Source of the DNA: Myxococcales bacterium
GTDB taxonomy: Bacteria > Myxococcota > Myxococcia > Myxococcales > 40CM-4-68-19
Reading direction: 5' to 3'
Assembly: GCA_036518615.1 (NCBI GenBank)
Contig: DATDMU010000186.1
Coordinates: 1 to 63,267, forward strand
DNA length: 63,267 nucleotides
In this document: positions 34,560 through 45,482 of the stretch, piece after piece
Numbering within the stretch: the first letter of the stretch is position 1
How the letters are laid out: each line of letters starts with the position of its first letter
Made by a program: the position numbers and the translations under genes
Notes under the pieces: model-generated
The model's database searches: none
Seen by the model: the letters and a program-made list of their open reading frames with translations, nothing else
What the model was told of the DNA's origin: nothing

Positions 34560-35879
34560 ATGACGGACTCGTTGCAGGCAGGAAACTCTCGAATGGAGCA
34601 GCCGCCCGCGGCTCCGCAGCCGGCGCGACCGGCGCTCGGCGAGGTCACCGGCGGCTCGAGCTCCCGCGAGCGGGAGCGGCGCCGGCGCTTCATGCACCGC
34701 GTCCGGCATGTGCTCTCCGCTGCGGCGGTCCTGGCCGTCCTGGCGCTGGCCGCCCTGGCGGTGCGGCCGCGCCCGGTTCCGGTCGACGCGGAACGGGTTG
34801 CGCGCGGCAAGCTGGTGGTCGCCATCGAGGAGACCGGCGTGACCCGGGTCAAGGATCGCTACGTCGTCTCCGCGCCGGTGACCGGCGCGGTGTCGCGGCA
34901 GCTTCGCGAGCCCGGCGACGCGGTCGAGGAAGGCGAGGTGCTGGCCGAGATCGCGCCGGTGCTGGCGCCGCTGCTCGACGAGCGCACGCGCTCCGAGGCG
35001 CAGGCGACGCTGAGCGCGGCCCTCTCCGCGCTGGGGCAGGCGCAGGCGCAACAGGAGCGCGCCAGGGTGGCGAAGGAGCTGGCCGCCGCCGAGCACGCGC
35101 GCGCCGAGGCGCTGGCCCGGGCAGGGTCGCTGCCGCAGCAGGCGCTGGATCGCGCCGCGTTCGACGCGCGCCTGCGCGCGGAGGAGCTGTCGTCTGCGGT
35201 GTTCGCGGTCAAGGTGGCGAGCGAGCAGGTGCGCATCGCGCGCGCGACGCTCGCGGGCGAGGGCCGCGGCGCCGCCAAGGGCCGGCACATCGACGTGCTC
35301 GCGCCCGCCTCGGGCCGGGTGCTGCGCGTGCCGCAGAAGAGCGCCGGCGTGGTGCAGGCGGGCGCGCCGCTGCTCGAGGTGGGAGATCCGGAAGCGCTCG
35401 AGCTGGTGGTCGATCTGTTGACCACCGATGCCGTCCAGGTCCGCCCGGGCACCGCGGTCGCCGTCCAGGGCTGGGGCGGCGACCGCGCGCTCGCCGCGAC
35501 CGTGCGCCGGATCGAGCCGTCGGCGTTCACCAAGCTCTCCGCGCTCGGCGTCGAAGAGCAGAGGGTCAACGTCATCGCCGTCTTCGCCGAGCCGCGCGCC
35601 GCCTGGTCGGCGCTGGGTGACGCCTTCCGCATCGAGGCGCGCCTCGTGCTCTGGCAGGCAGAGGACGTCGCCAAGGTCCCGCAGGGCGCCGTCTTCCGCC
35701 ACGGCAACGAATGGGCGGCGTTCCGCCTCGATTCGGGCAGGGCCCATCTGGCGCCGGTGCGGATCGGCCACCGCGGCGAGTCGGAGGTGGAGGTGCTGGA
35801 GGGGCTTCAGCCCGGAATGCTCGTCGCCGTCCACCCCGGCGACCGCGTCAAGGACGGAGCGCGTGTGGAGCTCCGCTGA
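34560..35879 (+). CDS. HlyD-family periplasmic adaptor
   Basis: TM anchor VLSAAAVLAVLALAALAV. Lipoyl-like VSAPVTGAVSRQLREPGDAVEEGEVLAEI, long coiled coil, VLAPASGRVLRV, beta-barrel tail. Confidence 0.85.
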   Translation: MTDSLQAGNSRMEQPPAAPQPARPALGEVTGGSSSRERERRRRFMHRVRHVLSAAAVLAVLALAALAVRPRPVPVDAERVARGKLVVAIEETGVTRVKDRYVVSAPVTGAVSRQLREPGDAVEEGEVLAEIAPVLAPLLDERTRSEAQATLSAALSALGQAQAQQERARVAKELAAAEHARAEALARAGSLPQQALDRAAFDARLRAEELSSAVFAVKVASEQVRIARATLAGEGRGAAKGRHIDVLAPASGRVLRVPQKSAGVVQAGAPLLEVGDPEALELVVDLLTTDAVQVRPGTAVAVQGWGGDRALAATVRRIEPSAFTKLSALGVEEQRVNVIAVFAEPRAAWSALGDAFRIEARLVLWQAEDVAKVPQGAVFRHGNEWAAFRLDSGRAHLAPVRIGHRGESEVEVLEGLQPGMLVAVHPGDRVKDGARVELR

Positions 35880-35910
35880 CGCAGCGCCGTGCGTGCCGTC
35901 GGGGTGTGGC

Positions 35911-36573
35911 CTACTTCCAGCTCAGCTTCAAGGTGGGGACGGCGAGGGCCACCGCGCGGAGCAACTGCACCGGCCAGGTGCCAAACTGGTCACGCGCCTT
36001 GGTCTCCGTCTTGAATGCCTTGAACGGCGTGCGGTAGATCGCCAGGTGCGAGCGCGGATTGGCGATGGGAAACTGCTTCCGGCCAACCGTCTTCACCACC
36101 GGGACCGCAAAGAAATCGGGGACGAGCACGACGGTGTTCTGTGAGAAGAATTGGTCCTTCAACGCCACCTTCTCTTCCGGCACTTTGCCGTATTCGACGA
36201 CCCGATAGACCTTGAAGTGATCGAGATTCCGGGGCGGCTCGCTGCCGTGCTCCAGCTTCTGCGCCGGGCACAGCAGCGCCTCCACTTTTCCAATGGCGAG
36301 GGTCGCGTCGCCGAACTGGTTCCGGATCTTCACCGATCGGGTGGTCTCGATGGTCTTCTGGAACAGACGATACCAGGTCAGGTGCGCGCCGGGGTCGAAG
36401 AGCGGCTCCTTGTTCTTCATGGTGCAGACGCCGAACAGATCGAGAGCCTGCAGCTGCCCTTTGCTCGCGATGCGATCGAATTGTCCTTTGGTCTGGACGA
36501 CGGCTTCCGCAGCCACGTTGGCAATGTCGTAGATACGGAAGTAGTCCAGCCTCAGCTCGCGAGCGGTGGTCAT
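35911..36573 (-). CDS. Orphan protein built from four ~50-aa repeats (two-fold duplicated pair), unknown family
   Basis: ATG 36573 has GGGGGAGG 6 nt upstream. Repeats: LDYFRIYDI..KGQFD..LFGVCTMK / HLTWYRL..VKIRNQFGDATLAI..LLCPAQK / LDHFKVYRV..LKDQFF..FFAVPVVK / HLAIYRT..KARDQFGTWPVQL..LAVPTLK. The local sequence is visibly less GC-rich than the flanks. No signal peptide. Confidence 0.6.
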   Translation of the reverse strand: MTTARELRLDYFRIYDIANVAAEAVVQTKGQFDRIASKGQLQALDLFGVCTMKNKEPLFDPGAHLTWYRLFQKTIETTRSVKIRNQFGDATLAIGKVEALLCPAQKLEHGSEPPRNLDHFKVYRVVEYGKVPEEKVALKDQFFSQNTVVLVPDFFAVPVVKTVGRKQFPIANPRSHLAIYRTPFKAFKTETKARDQFGTWPVQLLRAVALAVPTLKLSWK

Positions 36574-36637
36574 TGGCGCCTCCCCCGAATCAGGGCCAAA
36601 GATAGACTGTCATGCCGCCCGAAGACCTGCAAGATGG

Positions 36638-36671
36638 CCGAGGGAATCCTCGCGGTTATGCGAGCCCTCGG
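36638..36671 (-). terminator. Imperfect hairpin downstream of iorB (terminator candidate)
   Basis: Plus-strand CCGAGGG-AATC-CTCGC-GGTTAT-GCGAG-CCCTCGG gives 12 bp of pairing. It lies 40 nt after the iorB stop and before the orphan gene. Confidence 0.35.
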
Positions 36672-36710
36672 AGATCATTCCTTTAATATGCAGTCGCGGC
36701 GCGGTGGAGC

Positions 36711-38950
36711 TCAGACGATGCCGGCGCGCGCGAAGGGAATGCTGCGAATCCGCTGCCCGGTCAGCGCGAAGATGGCGTTCGCGATCGCCGGCGCCACCGG
36801 CGGGACTCCCGGCTCGCCGATGCCGCCCGGAGGCCCGTCGCTCTCGACGATCTCCACGTGCGTGCGCCGCGGCGCCTGCCCGATGCGGACGAGCTTGTAG
36901 GAATCGAAGTTCCCCTGCTCGGTGACGCCGTTCTTCATCGTCGCGCCGCCGTAGAAGGCGTGGCTCATGCCGAAGATCACCGCGCCTTCCATCTGCGAGC
37001 GCGCCCGCTCCGTATCGACCACGGTCCCGGCGTCCGCCGCGAGCCAGACTTCGTCCACGGCGATCTTTCCCCGCGCGTCCTTCACCACCGAGACGACCAC
37101 GGCCACGTAGGTGAGGAAGCTGCGGTGCGCCGCGAGCCCGAGCGCGCGCCCCTTGCGCTCGCTCCAGTTCGCCATGCGCGTGACCCGCTCGATGACGTTG
37201 CGGTAGCGCCCGGCGTCCACGGGGTGCTTCTCCAGCGGCGCGCCGTAGTTGCGCAGCTTCTCCACCCCCAGCTCCTCCAGGCTGACGATCCGCGCCGGGC
37301 CGAAGATCTCCAGCAGGTTCTCGCGCGGATCGACGCCGCGCGCGTGCGCCAGCTCGTCCATGAACGATCCCGCCGAGAAGCCGTGGAAGATGTTGTAGAC
37401 CGAGCGCAGCCAGCCGATGCGCACGTGCGCCGCGGCATCGCACGTCTCCGCACGCACGTTGGGGATGAAGAGCGGCAGGTCGGTGACGCCCTGCTGCAGA
37501 TCGTCCGGCCCGGGGCCCTTCACGTTCGGCGCCATGGTGTTGGCGATGGGCGGAAACGCGGTGCGCTGCCGCCAGGCGATGACCTTGTTCTGCGCGTCGA
37601 GACCGGCGGTGAGGAGCTGCGTGTTGACCGCGTTGTAGTAATCATGGCGCAGGTCGTCCTCGCGGGTGAACTGCACCCGCACCGGCGCGCGCGCCTCGCG
37701 CGAGAGGAAGGCCGCCTCGCCCACGAAGTCCGCCTTGGACTTGCGCCCGAACGCGCCGCCGAGCAGCGTCACGTGGCAGGTCACCTTCGACTCGTCGAGC
37801 CCGAGGACCTTCGCCGCCTCGGTGCGGGCCGCCTGCGGGTTCTGCGTGGACGCCCACACCTCGCAGGCGCCGTCGGCGTAGCTGGCGATGCAGGCGGGCG
37901 GCTCCATCGAGACGTGCGCGAGATGGGGCACGTGGTACTCCGCCTCCACCTTGCGCGCGGCATGCGCGAGCGCCTGCTCCACGTCGCCGACGTTGCGCGC
38001 GGGCTTGCCGGCAGCGTGAACGGCGCGGCTCAGCTCCTGCGCGTAGCTTTCCGAGTCGTAGACGGCGTTGTCGCCGGGGTCCCACTCGATCCGGAGAGCG
38101 TTGCGGCCCCGGATGGCGGCCCAGGTGTTGGTGGCGAGCACGGCCACGCCGCCCCAGGGCTGGAAGCGGTACGGCTTCGACGGCTCCGGCATGCGCACCA
38201 CCTTCTTCACGCCGGGGATGGCAAGCGCCGCCCTGTCGTCGACGCTGCGGATTTTCCCGCCGACCACCGGCGGACGGGCGATCACAGCGACCAGCATGCC
38301 GTCCATGCGCACGTCCGCGCCGAAGCGCGCCTTGCCGGTGACGATGTCCTTGCCGTCCACCAGCGGCAGATCGCGGTAGACGTGCTTCATCTCCGAGCGC
38401 GGCCGCGGCTTCGCCGAATCGGGCACCGGCAGCTTCGCCGCCGCCTCGGCGAGCTCTCCGAACGGGAGCGACTTCCTGCCGTTCCAGACCGCGTGGTCGT
38501 GCGCCTGCAGCCTGGCCGCGGGCACGCGCCACTTCTTCGCCGCCGCGGCGATCAGCATGGTGCGCGCCGTCGCGCCCGCCTTGCGCAGGTCGTCGTAGGC
38601 GTTGCGGATGCTGCTCGATCCGTCGGTGTTCTGGTCGCCGTACTTCTTGTCTCCCACCGCCTGCTCGATGGCGACGCGCGAAGGGTCCGCCCCCATCTCG
38701 TCGGCGATCAGCGCGGGGATGGTGCTGCGCACGCCCTGGCCCATCTCCGAGCGGGCGCAGACGATGGTGAGCGCGCCGTCGCTGGCAAGGTGCACGAAGA
38801 CGTTGGGGCGGAAGCCTTCCGAGGCATTCTTGAGGGCGGCATCGCCGGGCTTCGGCTTGCGCGTGCTCTTGCCGCTGGGCTCGTCCGCGAAGATGCGGCC
38901 GCCGATGACCGAGAGCGCGAGGCCGCCCACGAACGTGCGCCGGGAGAGGG

Positions 38951-38954
<4 letters not shown>
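36711..38954 (-). CDS. iorB: Molybdopterin-dependent hydroxylase large subunit (IorB / aldehyde oxidase-xanthine dehydrogenase family), Tat-exported
   Basis: ATG 38954 gives Tat signal [19 protein letters not shown]. Family motifs [34 protein letters not shown]. Substrate unknown. Confidence 0.9.
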
Positions 38955-39417
<463 letters not shown>

Positions 39418-39421
<4 letters not shown>

Positions 39422-40044
39422 GGACGCGCTCCTTCCGGCGGGCACTCCGCGCCGGTGTCCACCCAGGCCTGCATCAGATCTCCGAGCTGCTCCTGCGTCC
39501 CCGGCGCCGGCTCGCGGCCGTGGCCCGGCTGCCATCCCCAGCTCACCAGATCGTCGAGCCGGTTGTGGTCGACCACGTCCTGGAGGCTGCGGTTGCCGTT
39601 GCGGGACTTGTCCTTCATCTGCTCGCAGATGGCGTGCGGCGACTTGCCCACCCACGCCATCTTGCGCGGCGCGAGCTGCCAGTGCGGCGCGCCGGGAATC
39701 CGCGCCAGCTCGAGGTTCTTGTCCTGGTGGCAGCCGGTGCAGCGCATGCCGGGGATTCCGGTGTCGAGGGGGCCGCGGACGACCGGCGGATCGTGGACGT
39801 GCATGTCGGCGCCCGAGCGAGGCGTGTCGCCGTCGGGATGGCAATTCGCGCAGCGCGGGTGCAGGAAGACGCGGCTCGCCTCGAGGAAGAGGGCGCGGGA
39901 CCGCTCCGCGCGATCGCCGATCTGCGCGAACGCCGCGGGCGCCCTCAGCGCGCCGGAAGCGGGCGGGGCCGCCGCTGGTTGCGCGGTCGCCGCGGGCTTC
40001 TGCGACGCGCAGGCTGCAAGGAGGACGAAGACGAGCTTGCGCAC
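39418..40044 (-). CDS. Diheme c-type lipoprotein, third subunit of the IorAB-type operon
   Basis: Lipobox VLLAAC. Two CXXCH motifs (CANCH, CTGCH). The stop overlaps the iorA GTG (GTGA). Confidence 0.75.
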
Positions 40045-40112
40045 GCGCCGAGTCTGCCGCGTCCGGGGGGGCGGTCAAGCCCGATTCGGGTCCAGCGGGC
40101 AGCGATCGACTC

Positions 40113-41840
40113 TCACTCCTGCGGGAAGTTCATCTTCCTGAGGAAGACCTTCCACCTGTCATCGCCGTGCAGCGACCGGAACCAGAAGCTCCTCACCTCG
40201 GTCTCTCCAATCGTGAGATCGCGATCCGCGACGGCACGGTCGAGCCACTGGAATGCCTTGTCGCGATCCCCCATCCATCCATACGCGTGGGCCAGCGCCA
40301 CCGGATCCGGTCTCGGCTGCGCCTGCAACTCGTCCAATAGCGCATGGGCTTCATGCGAGCGCCCCAGGGAATGCAGCGCTGCTGCGATACCGTCTTCGAC
40401 GCCTGCAGGTGAACCCGGAGCCTGGCGGTACCTCTCGAGAGCCGCTGCGGACTCCCCCTGCGCGAGGAGCGCGTCAGCCAGACCCCGCGCAGCATTCTGT
40501 GCGTCGGGGGTGAGCTGCATCGCGCGTTCAAAGGTCGCACGGGCCGCAGCGTTCTTGCCCGCGTCGAGCTGCAACTGACCCAGCTTGATGGCGGAATGGC
40601 CGAGCGGATCGAGGTCGACCGCCCGCTCCGCGGCCGCCAGCGCCTCGGCGGTCCTGCCGAGATTGTCGAGCAGAATGGCATATCTCCGCCAGGCATCCGG
40701 ATCTCCGGGGCACAGCTGCACCGCGCGAACGAGGTCCTGCTCCGCACCCGTCCAGTCCCAGCGAAGCACCTGCCGGAGAAAGCCGCGCGTGGAAAGGCCG
40801 TCACAAAGGTCGGGTGACAGCAGCAGCGCCTTCTGCGCTGCCGCCATGGCCTTCTCCGCCGTTGCGAGCGCCTCGGCCTGCGTGTCGGCGGCTGTCGCGA
40901 CCAGGTAGAGCGGTACGCCAAGAGCGGCCCACGCCGGCGCGAATCGGGAATCCAGCTCCAGCGCCTTCTCATAAGCCGCGACTGCACGGACGAAGTTTTC
41001 ACCCGAGAACCGGCGATAGAAGCGCTCACCCAGTAAGTATTGGTTGTACGCCTCCGGCGAGGTCCGGGGCACCGGTTGTGGCGCGCCAGCGCGGCCGCCG
41101 AGCAGCTTCCCCTCGAGCGACTCGACGACCGCACGCGCGATCTCGTCCTGGATGGCGAAGACATCGGTCAGCTCGCGGTCGAAGCGCCGGGCCCAGAGCC
41201 GCTCGCCCGTGGCGGCCTTCACCACCTCGGCCGTGATCCGCAATCTCGCCTGGTCCCGGCGCACGCTCCCTTCGAGGAGATAGGTGACGCCGAGCATCCG
41301 GGCGATTTCGGCGGGCGCCTCGTTGCGCCCCTTGAAGAAGAACGACGAGGCTCGGCCCGGAACGCGCAACCCGTCCACGTTCGAGAGCACCGTCAGGATC
41401 TCTTCCGCGACGCCGTCGGAGAAGTAGTCCTGATCGTGCGCGGGACTCAAGTCGGCAAACGGCAGGACGGCGATCGACGGCGCGTCGGCCTTGCTCGTAT
41501 TTCCGGAGGCGCTTCGAAGCAGGACCCAGACGATTGCGGGGGCGGCGGCGAGCAGGCCGACGCCCACGAGCAGCAGGGTCAGACGCGCGCCGTGCGCCTG
41601 CGCGGAAGCCGTGCGCGAGATGCCACTCGCGTTGACGTCGAAGATCCATGCAAGCGCCACGACGACGGGAAGGCCTGCGGCCAGCGCGACGACGACCCAC
41701 GACAAGACGACGTCGGGCCAATGCAGGCCGTGCATGACCGGCTCGACGATCTGGAGGACCGCGAACGCGGCGACCCCGTAGCCGAGCACCGCCCGGAATA
41801 CGCGCCGGCGCTTGAGTTCCGTGAAAAGCGGAAGCTCCAC
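40113..41840 (-). CDS. Membrane-anchored TPR-repeat protein
   Basis: N-terminal [25 protein letters not shown] plus two further TM helices. Periplasmic [22 protein letters not shown] module. C-terminal TPR-like helical repeats. Confidence 0.8.
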   Translation of the reverse strand: MELPLFTELKRRRVFRAVLGYGVAAFAVLQIVEPVMHGLHWPDVVLSWVVVALAAGLPVVVALAWIFDVNASGISRTASAQAHGARLTLLLVGVGLLAAAPAIVWVLLRSASGNTSKADAPSIAVLPFADLSPAHDQDYFSDGVAEEILTVLSNVDGLRVPGRASSFFFKGRNEAPAEIARMLGVTYLLEGSVRRDQARLRITAEVVKAATGERLWARRFDRELTDVFAIQDEIARAVVESLEGKLLGGRAGAPQPVPRTSPEAYNQYLLGERFYRRFSGENFVRAVAAYEKALELDSRFAPAWAALGVPLYLVATAADTQAEALATAEKAMAAAQKALLLSPDLCDGLSTRGFLRQVLRWDWTGAEQDLVRAVQLCPGDPDAWRRYAILLDNLGRTAEALAAAERAVDLDPLGHSAIKLGQLQLDAGKNAAARATFERAMQLTPDAQNAARGLADALLAQGESAAALERYRQAPGSPAGVEDGIAAALHSLGRSHEAHALLDELQAQPRPDPVALAHAYGWMGDRDKAFQWLDRAVADRDLTIGETEVRSFWFRSLHGDDRWKVFLRKMNFPQE

Positions 41841-42023
41841 GGTCTCCTCCGCCGTGAGGGTAACCGGCTTCTTCCTCGCCGTCCCCGGTCTCGATCAGGC
41901 GCCACCTTCTCCTGACCGCCGAAGGCAGCATCAGCGCAAGCTCTGCGTGCATCCTTGCGTCGGTTGCGCGGTCGCTCTACGAAAACCGGCAAGAACCTGC
42001 GATTTCCGCGGAATCGACGGCTG

Positions 42024-42974
42024 CTACTCCTCGCCGGCCGCCTGGCGATACCAGCGCATGTCGTACAGCTTGCCCGCGGGCTTCGACAGCTCGTCCAGAT
42101 CCTGCGCTGTCTCGAAACCGCCGTACTTCGCGCGCAGGGAGAGGACGTTCGCGAGGCCCTCGCGCTCCAGCTTGCCGATGCCGGCGTCCTTGACCATGCC
42201 CTTGCCCGGCGCGACCGAGGCGTCGAAGATCCGCTCTGCCACCGCCGGCGTGATTCCCGGCGCGACCAGCGACGCCACCGCGGCACTGCGGTTGGCCGGA
42301 TCGAAGGCCCAGGCAGAGGCGGCGACATAAGCGCGGATGAAGCGGATCAGCTCCGCGGCATGCGCTTCCATCCAGGGCTCCATCGCGACGCCGGTCGAGC
42401 CCAGATAGGGATTGGCCACGTCGTAGACGTTCTCGAACAGCGGACGGCCCTCGGCCGCCGCGCGGACCTCGAAGCCGCCGTTGAGCAGCGTGGCGTCCAC
42501 CGCGCCGGCCATCAGCGCGTTGAAGCGCCCGAGGCCGCCGCCGATCAGCGCCACCTGGTAGTCCACGTCCTTGCGAAGGCCGTGGCGCTCGAGGATCTCG
42601 TACGCTGCGTAGGCGAATCCGGACGCAGGCGCGTCGACGGCCACCTTCTTGCCGCGCAGGTCCTCGACCGCGGCGATGCCCAGCTTGCCGGCCAGGGTCA
42701 GGTTGCTGGCGTAGTCCACGCTCATGAACGCCTGCACCGGCTGGACGGCGCCCAGCGCATTGTGCGGGTTGAGGCGGAAGTTGACCACGTTGTCGATCGA
42801 CGCGAGGACGATGTCGTACTTGCCGTCGCGGAGGTCCTTGAAGGCCTGCTCCGAGCTCTGGATCTGCAGGTCATTCACGGTCAGATCCTGCGCCGCGAAG
42901 AAGCCCTGCTGCTGCGCCGCGAGCATCGCGGCGTTCTTGCCGAAGAAGCCCAGGTTCAGCGTGGCCGGATCCAT
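42024..42974 (-). CDS. NMT1/THI5-like (NitT/TauT-type substrate-binding fold) protein, no signal peptide
   Basis: ATG 42974 (MDPATLNLGFFGKNAAMLAAQQQGFFAAQDL..DIVLASIDNVV..LRGKKVAVDAPASGFAYAAYEIL). The N-terminal 58 codons of the track ORF look non-coding. Confidence 0.7.
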   Translation of the reverse strand: MDPATLNLGFFGKNAAMLAAQQQGFFAAQDLTVNDLQIQSSEQAFKDLRDGKYDIVLASIDNVVNFRLNPHNALGAVQPVQAFMSVDYASNLTLAGKLGIAAVEDLRGKKVAVDAPASGFAYAAYEILERHGLRKDVDYQVALIGGGLGRFNALMAGAVDATLLNGGFEVRAAAEGRPLFENVYDVANPYLGSTGVAMEPWMEAHAAELIRFIRAYVAASAWAFDPANRSAAVASLVAPGITPAVAERIFDASVAPGKGMVKDAGIGKLEREGLANVLSLRAKYGGFETAQDLDELSKPAGKLYDMRWYRQAAGEE

Positions 42975-42976
42975 CG

Positions 42977-43468
42977 TCACCGCGCCCGATACGCCTTCTC
43001 GAGCGCCGCGATGTCGAACTTGACCATCTTCATCATCGCGTCGGTCGCCCGCTTCGACCGGACCGGATCCGCGTCGCGCATCATCTCCTCCATCACCGCC
43101 GGCACGATCTGCCAGCGAAGCCCGAACCGGTCGACGAGCCACCCGCACGCCAGCGGCTTGCCGCCGCCCTGGAGCAGCGCGTTCCAGTAGCGGTCGAGCT
43201 CCGCCTGGTCCTCGCAGAGCACCATCATCGAGACGGCGTCGTTGAACTCGTGGTGCGGCCCTGCCGTCATGGCCTGGAACGGCTGGCCGAAGAGGCTGAA
43301 GTCCACCACCTTGACGGACCCGGGCGGCCCGCTCGGCGATTCGCTCTGCATCGCCGTCACGCGGTCGACGCGGGAATCGGGAAAGATCGACGCATAGAAC
43401 CTGGCAGCCTCCTCGGCCTCCTTCGCATACCAGAGAAAAGGGAGGATCTTCGCGCGCGGTTTCGCCAT
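42977..43468 (-). CDS. VOC / PhnB-like (3-demethylubiquinone-9 3-methyltransferase-domain) protein
   Basis: ATG 43468 is preceded by AGGAGG. ILPFLWYAKEAEEAARFYASIFPDSRV..FSLFGQPFQAMTAGP..CGWLVDRFGLRWQIVP. Confidence 0.75.
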   Translation of the reverse strand: MAKPRAKILPFLWYAKEAEEAARFYASIFPDSRVDRVTAMQSESPSGPPGSVKVVDFSLFGQPFQAMTAGPHHEFNDAVSMMVLCEDQAELDRYWNALLQGGGKPLACGWLVDRFGLRWQIVPAVMEEMMRDADPVRSKRATDAMMKMVKFDIAALEKAYRAR

Positions 43469-43668
43469 GACGTCCTCCTGGCGGGGTGATTCAGGATGTG
43501 CACGGCGGCTCGATCTCTGCAAACGGGGCTCCTCGAACAGCCGCTTTGGCACGACATACCTTCGTCGGATGCCATTTGCCGCGCGGCACGGTGTCGCTTT
43601 GCGCCGCTCGTTCGGCAGCGACCATAGTCGTTCCGCTCGTTCCTTCCACCATAAAGAGCGAGAAGCAA

Positions 43669-45456
43669 ATGACACCACTCCGATTGCGCTCCATCGTCGC
43701 ATTGGTCGCTCTCGCAATCATCGCCGCTGCCGCGCCTTCCTTCGCCGTCAGCGGACAGACGCATCTCGACCCCACCACGCTGACGAAGTACCTCGATCCG
43801 CTTCCGGCGCCCGCGAGGCTCGACGGGACCGTCGCGCAGACCGTCACCATGTCGGAGCTCACCCAACAGGTCTTGCCCTCGAACTTCAAGGCGGGCCCTT
43901 ACGGCGGAAAGACGCTGGTGTGGGGCTACAACAACTCGTACCCCGGTCCCACCATCGTCGCGCGCAGAGGCACGGCATCCAGGCTCACGTACGTGAACAA
44001 CCTGGTCAACCCGGCATTGCTGAAGTACCTGCCCATCGACCAGACGCTCGATTGGGCCGATCCGCTCGGCTGCCACATGGCGTCGTCGTGTGACACGCAG
44101 CGCTACACGGGTCCCGTCCCGACGGTGGTCCACTTCCACGGCGGCGAGGTGCCCTCCGCTTTCGACGGGCACCCCGAAACGTGGTTCACCAACGGCTTCG
44201 CCTACGTGGGCCCGGACTGGGTTGCGCAGACGTATACGTATCCGAACGCGCAGGAAGCTTCGACGTTCTGGTACCACGACCACACCATCGGCATCACCCG
44301 GCTGAACGTATACGCGGGGCTCGCCGGCTTCTATCTCCTGCGCGATCCCAACAACGAGCCCGCCAACCTGCCGTCGGGCGCCTACGAGCGTGAGATCGTC
44401 TTCCAGGATCGCTCGTTCGATACCAGCGGCCAGATCATGTATCCGGACCAGGGCGAGGGCGGCCACCCGTTCTGGGTGAAGGAGTTCTACGGAGACGTGG
44501 CGGTGGTGAACGGCAAGGCCTGGCCGTACCTGAACGTCGAGCCGCGGCGTTACCGGTTCCGGATGCTGAACGGGTCGACGACGCGCACCTACACCATCCA
44601 GCTGCAGACCACGTCGGGAAGCGCCGGCCCGGCCATCTGGCAGATCGGCACCGACGGCGGCCTGCTCAACACGCCCATCCAGATCAGCTCCATCTCGATC
44701 GCGCCGGGCGAGCGCATCGACGCCATCGTCGACTTCAGCGGCAAGAGCGGCACCTCGTTCCTGCTCAAGAATGGCGACGGCACGCGCGGCACCTGGAGCT
44801 CGTCGGCGCTCTCCGAGCTGGTGAAGATCAACGTCTCGCTCCCGCTCAACGGGTCGGACACGAGCCTCAACCCGGCCACCGGCCCCAACCTGCGTCCCAA
44901 CAATCCCATCGTGCAGCTCTCCGCGACCGTGACTTCGGCCACGCCGACACGGCAGATGTCGCTGGAGAAGGACCGCAGCGGCGGCGGCTTCCTGCTCAAC
45001 GGCCTGCACTTCAACGACACCGTCACCGAGACGCCGCGGGTCGGCTCGACCGAGGTGTGGCAGATCAACAACCACACGGGCGACATGCACCCCATCCACC
45101 TCCACCTGGTCGAGTTCCAGGTCTACAAGGACGGCAGCGGATACCACGACGGCTGGGGCGGCGGCAGCGGTTGGGGCAGCAGCCCCAGCGGGACCGACCC
45201 GAACGACGTCGGCTGGAAGGACACCATCCAGGTGCCGGGCTGGGGCACCGTGACCATCGTCGTGCGCTGGGCGCCGTTGAATACGCCGGCGGGCGGCGTG
45301 CAGCCGGGCCAGAACCTCTACCCGTTCGACCCGACCGCGGGCATCGGCAAGCTCGACGCCTTCGGGTTCCCCGGCGGACCGGGATACGTGTGGCACTGCC
45401 ATCGCATCGAGCATGAGGACAACGAGATGATGCGGCCGTATCTCGTGGTTCCTTGA
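43669..45456 (+). CDS. Three-domain multicopper oxidase (CotA/bilirubin-oxidase-like)
   Basis: Signal peptide MTPLRLRSIVALVALAIIAAAAPSFA. Copper motifs VVHFHGG, WYHDHT, HPIHLHL, WHCHRIEHEDNEMM. Confidence 0.9.
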   Translation: MTPLRLRSIVALVALAIIAAAAPSFAVSGQTHLDPTTLTKYLDPLPAPARLDGTVAQTVTMSELTQQVLPSNFKAGPYGGKTLVWGYNNSYPGPTIVARRGTASRLTYVNNLVNPALLKYLPIDQTLDWADPLGCHMASSCDTQRYTGPVPTVVHFHGGEVPSAFDGHPETWFTNGFAYVGPDWVAQTYTYPNAQEASTFWYHDHTIGITRLNVYAGLAGFYLLRDPNNEPANLPSGAYEREIVFQDRSFDTSGQIMYPDQGEGGHPFWVKEFYGDVAVVNGKAWPYLNVEPRRYRFRMLNGSTTRTYTIQLQTTSGSAGPAIWQIGTDGGLLNTPIQISSISIAPGERIDAIVDFSGKSGTSFLLKNGDGTRGTWSSSALSELVKINVSLPLNGSDTSLNPATGPNLRPNNPIVQLSATVTSATPTRQMSLEKDRSGGGFLLNGLHFNDTVTETPRVGSTEVWQINNHTGDMHPIHLHLVEFQVYKDGSGYHDGWGGGSGWGSSPSGTDPNDVGWKDTIQVPGWGTVTIVVRWAPLNTPAGGVQPGQNLYPFDPTAGIGKLDAFGFPGGPGYVWHCHRIEHEDNEMMRPYLVVP

Positions 45457-45482
45457 CGGAGAGAACGTCGTCGAAGTGCGGG

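Noticed and set aside
31773-35834. 1353-aa minus-strand ORF
   Set aside because: It is antisense to the ABC ATPase, permease and HlyD genes. Its composition is dominated by R/G/A/D/H with no recognisable motifs. It is a typical high-GC shadow ORF.
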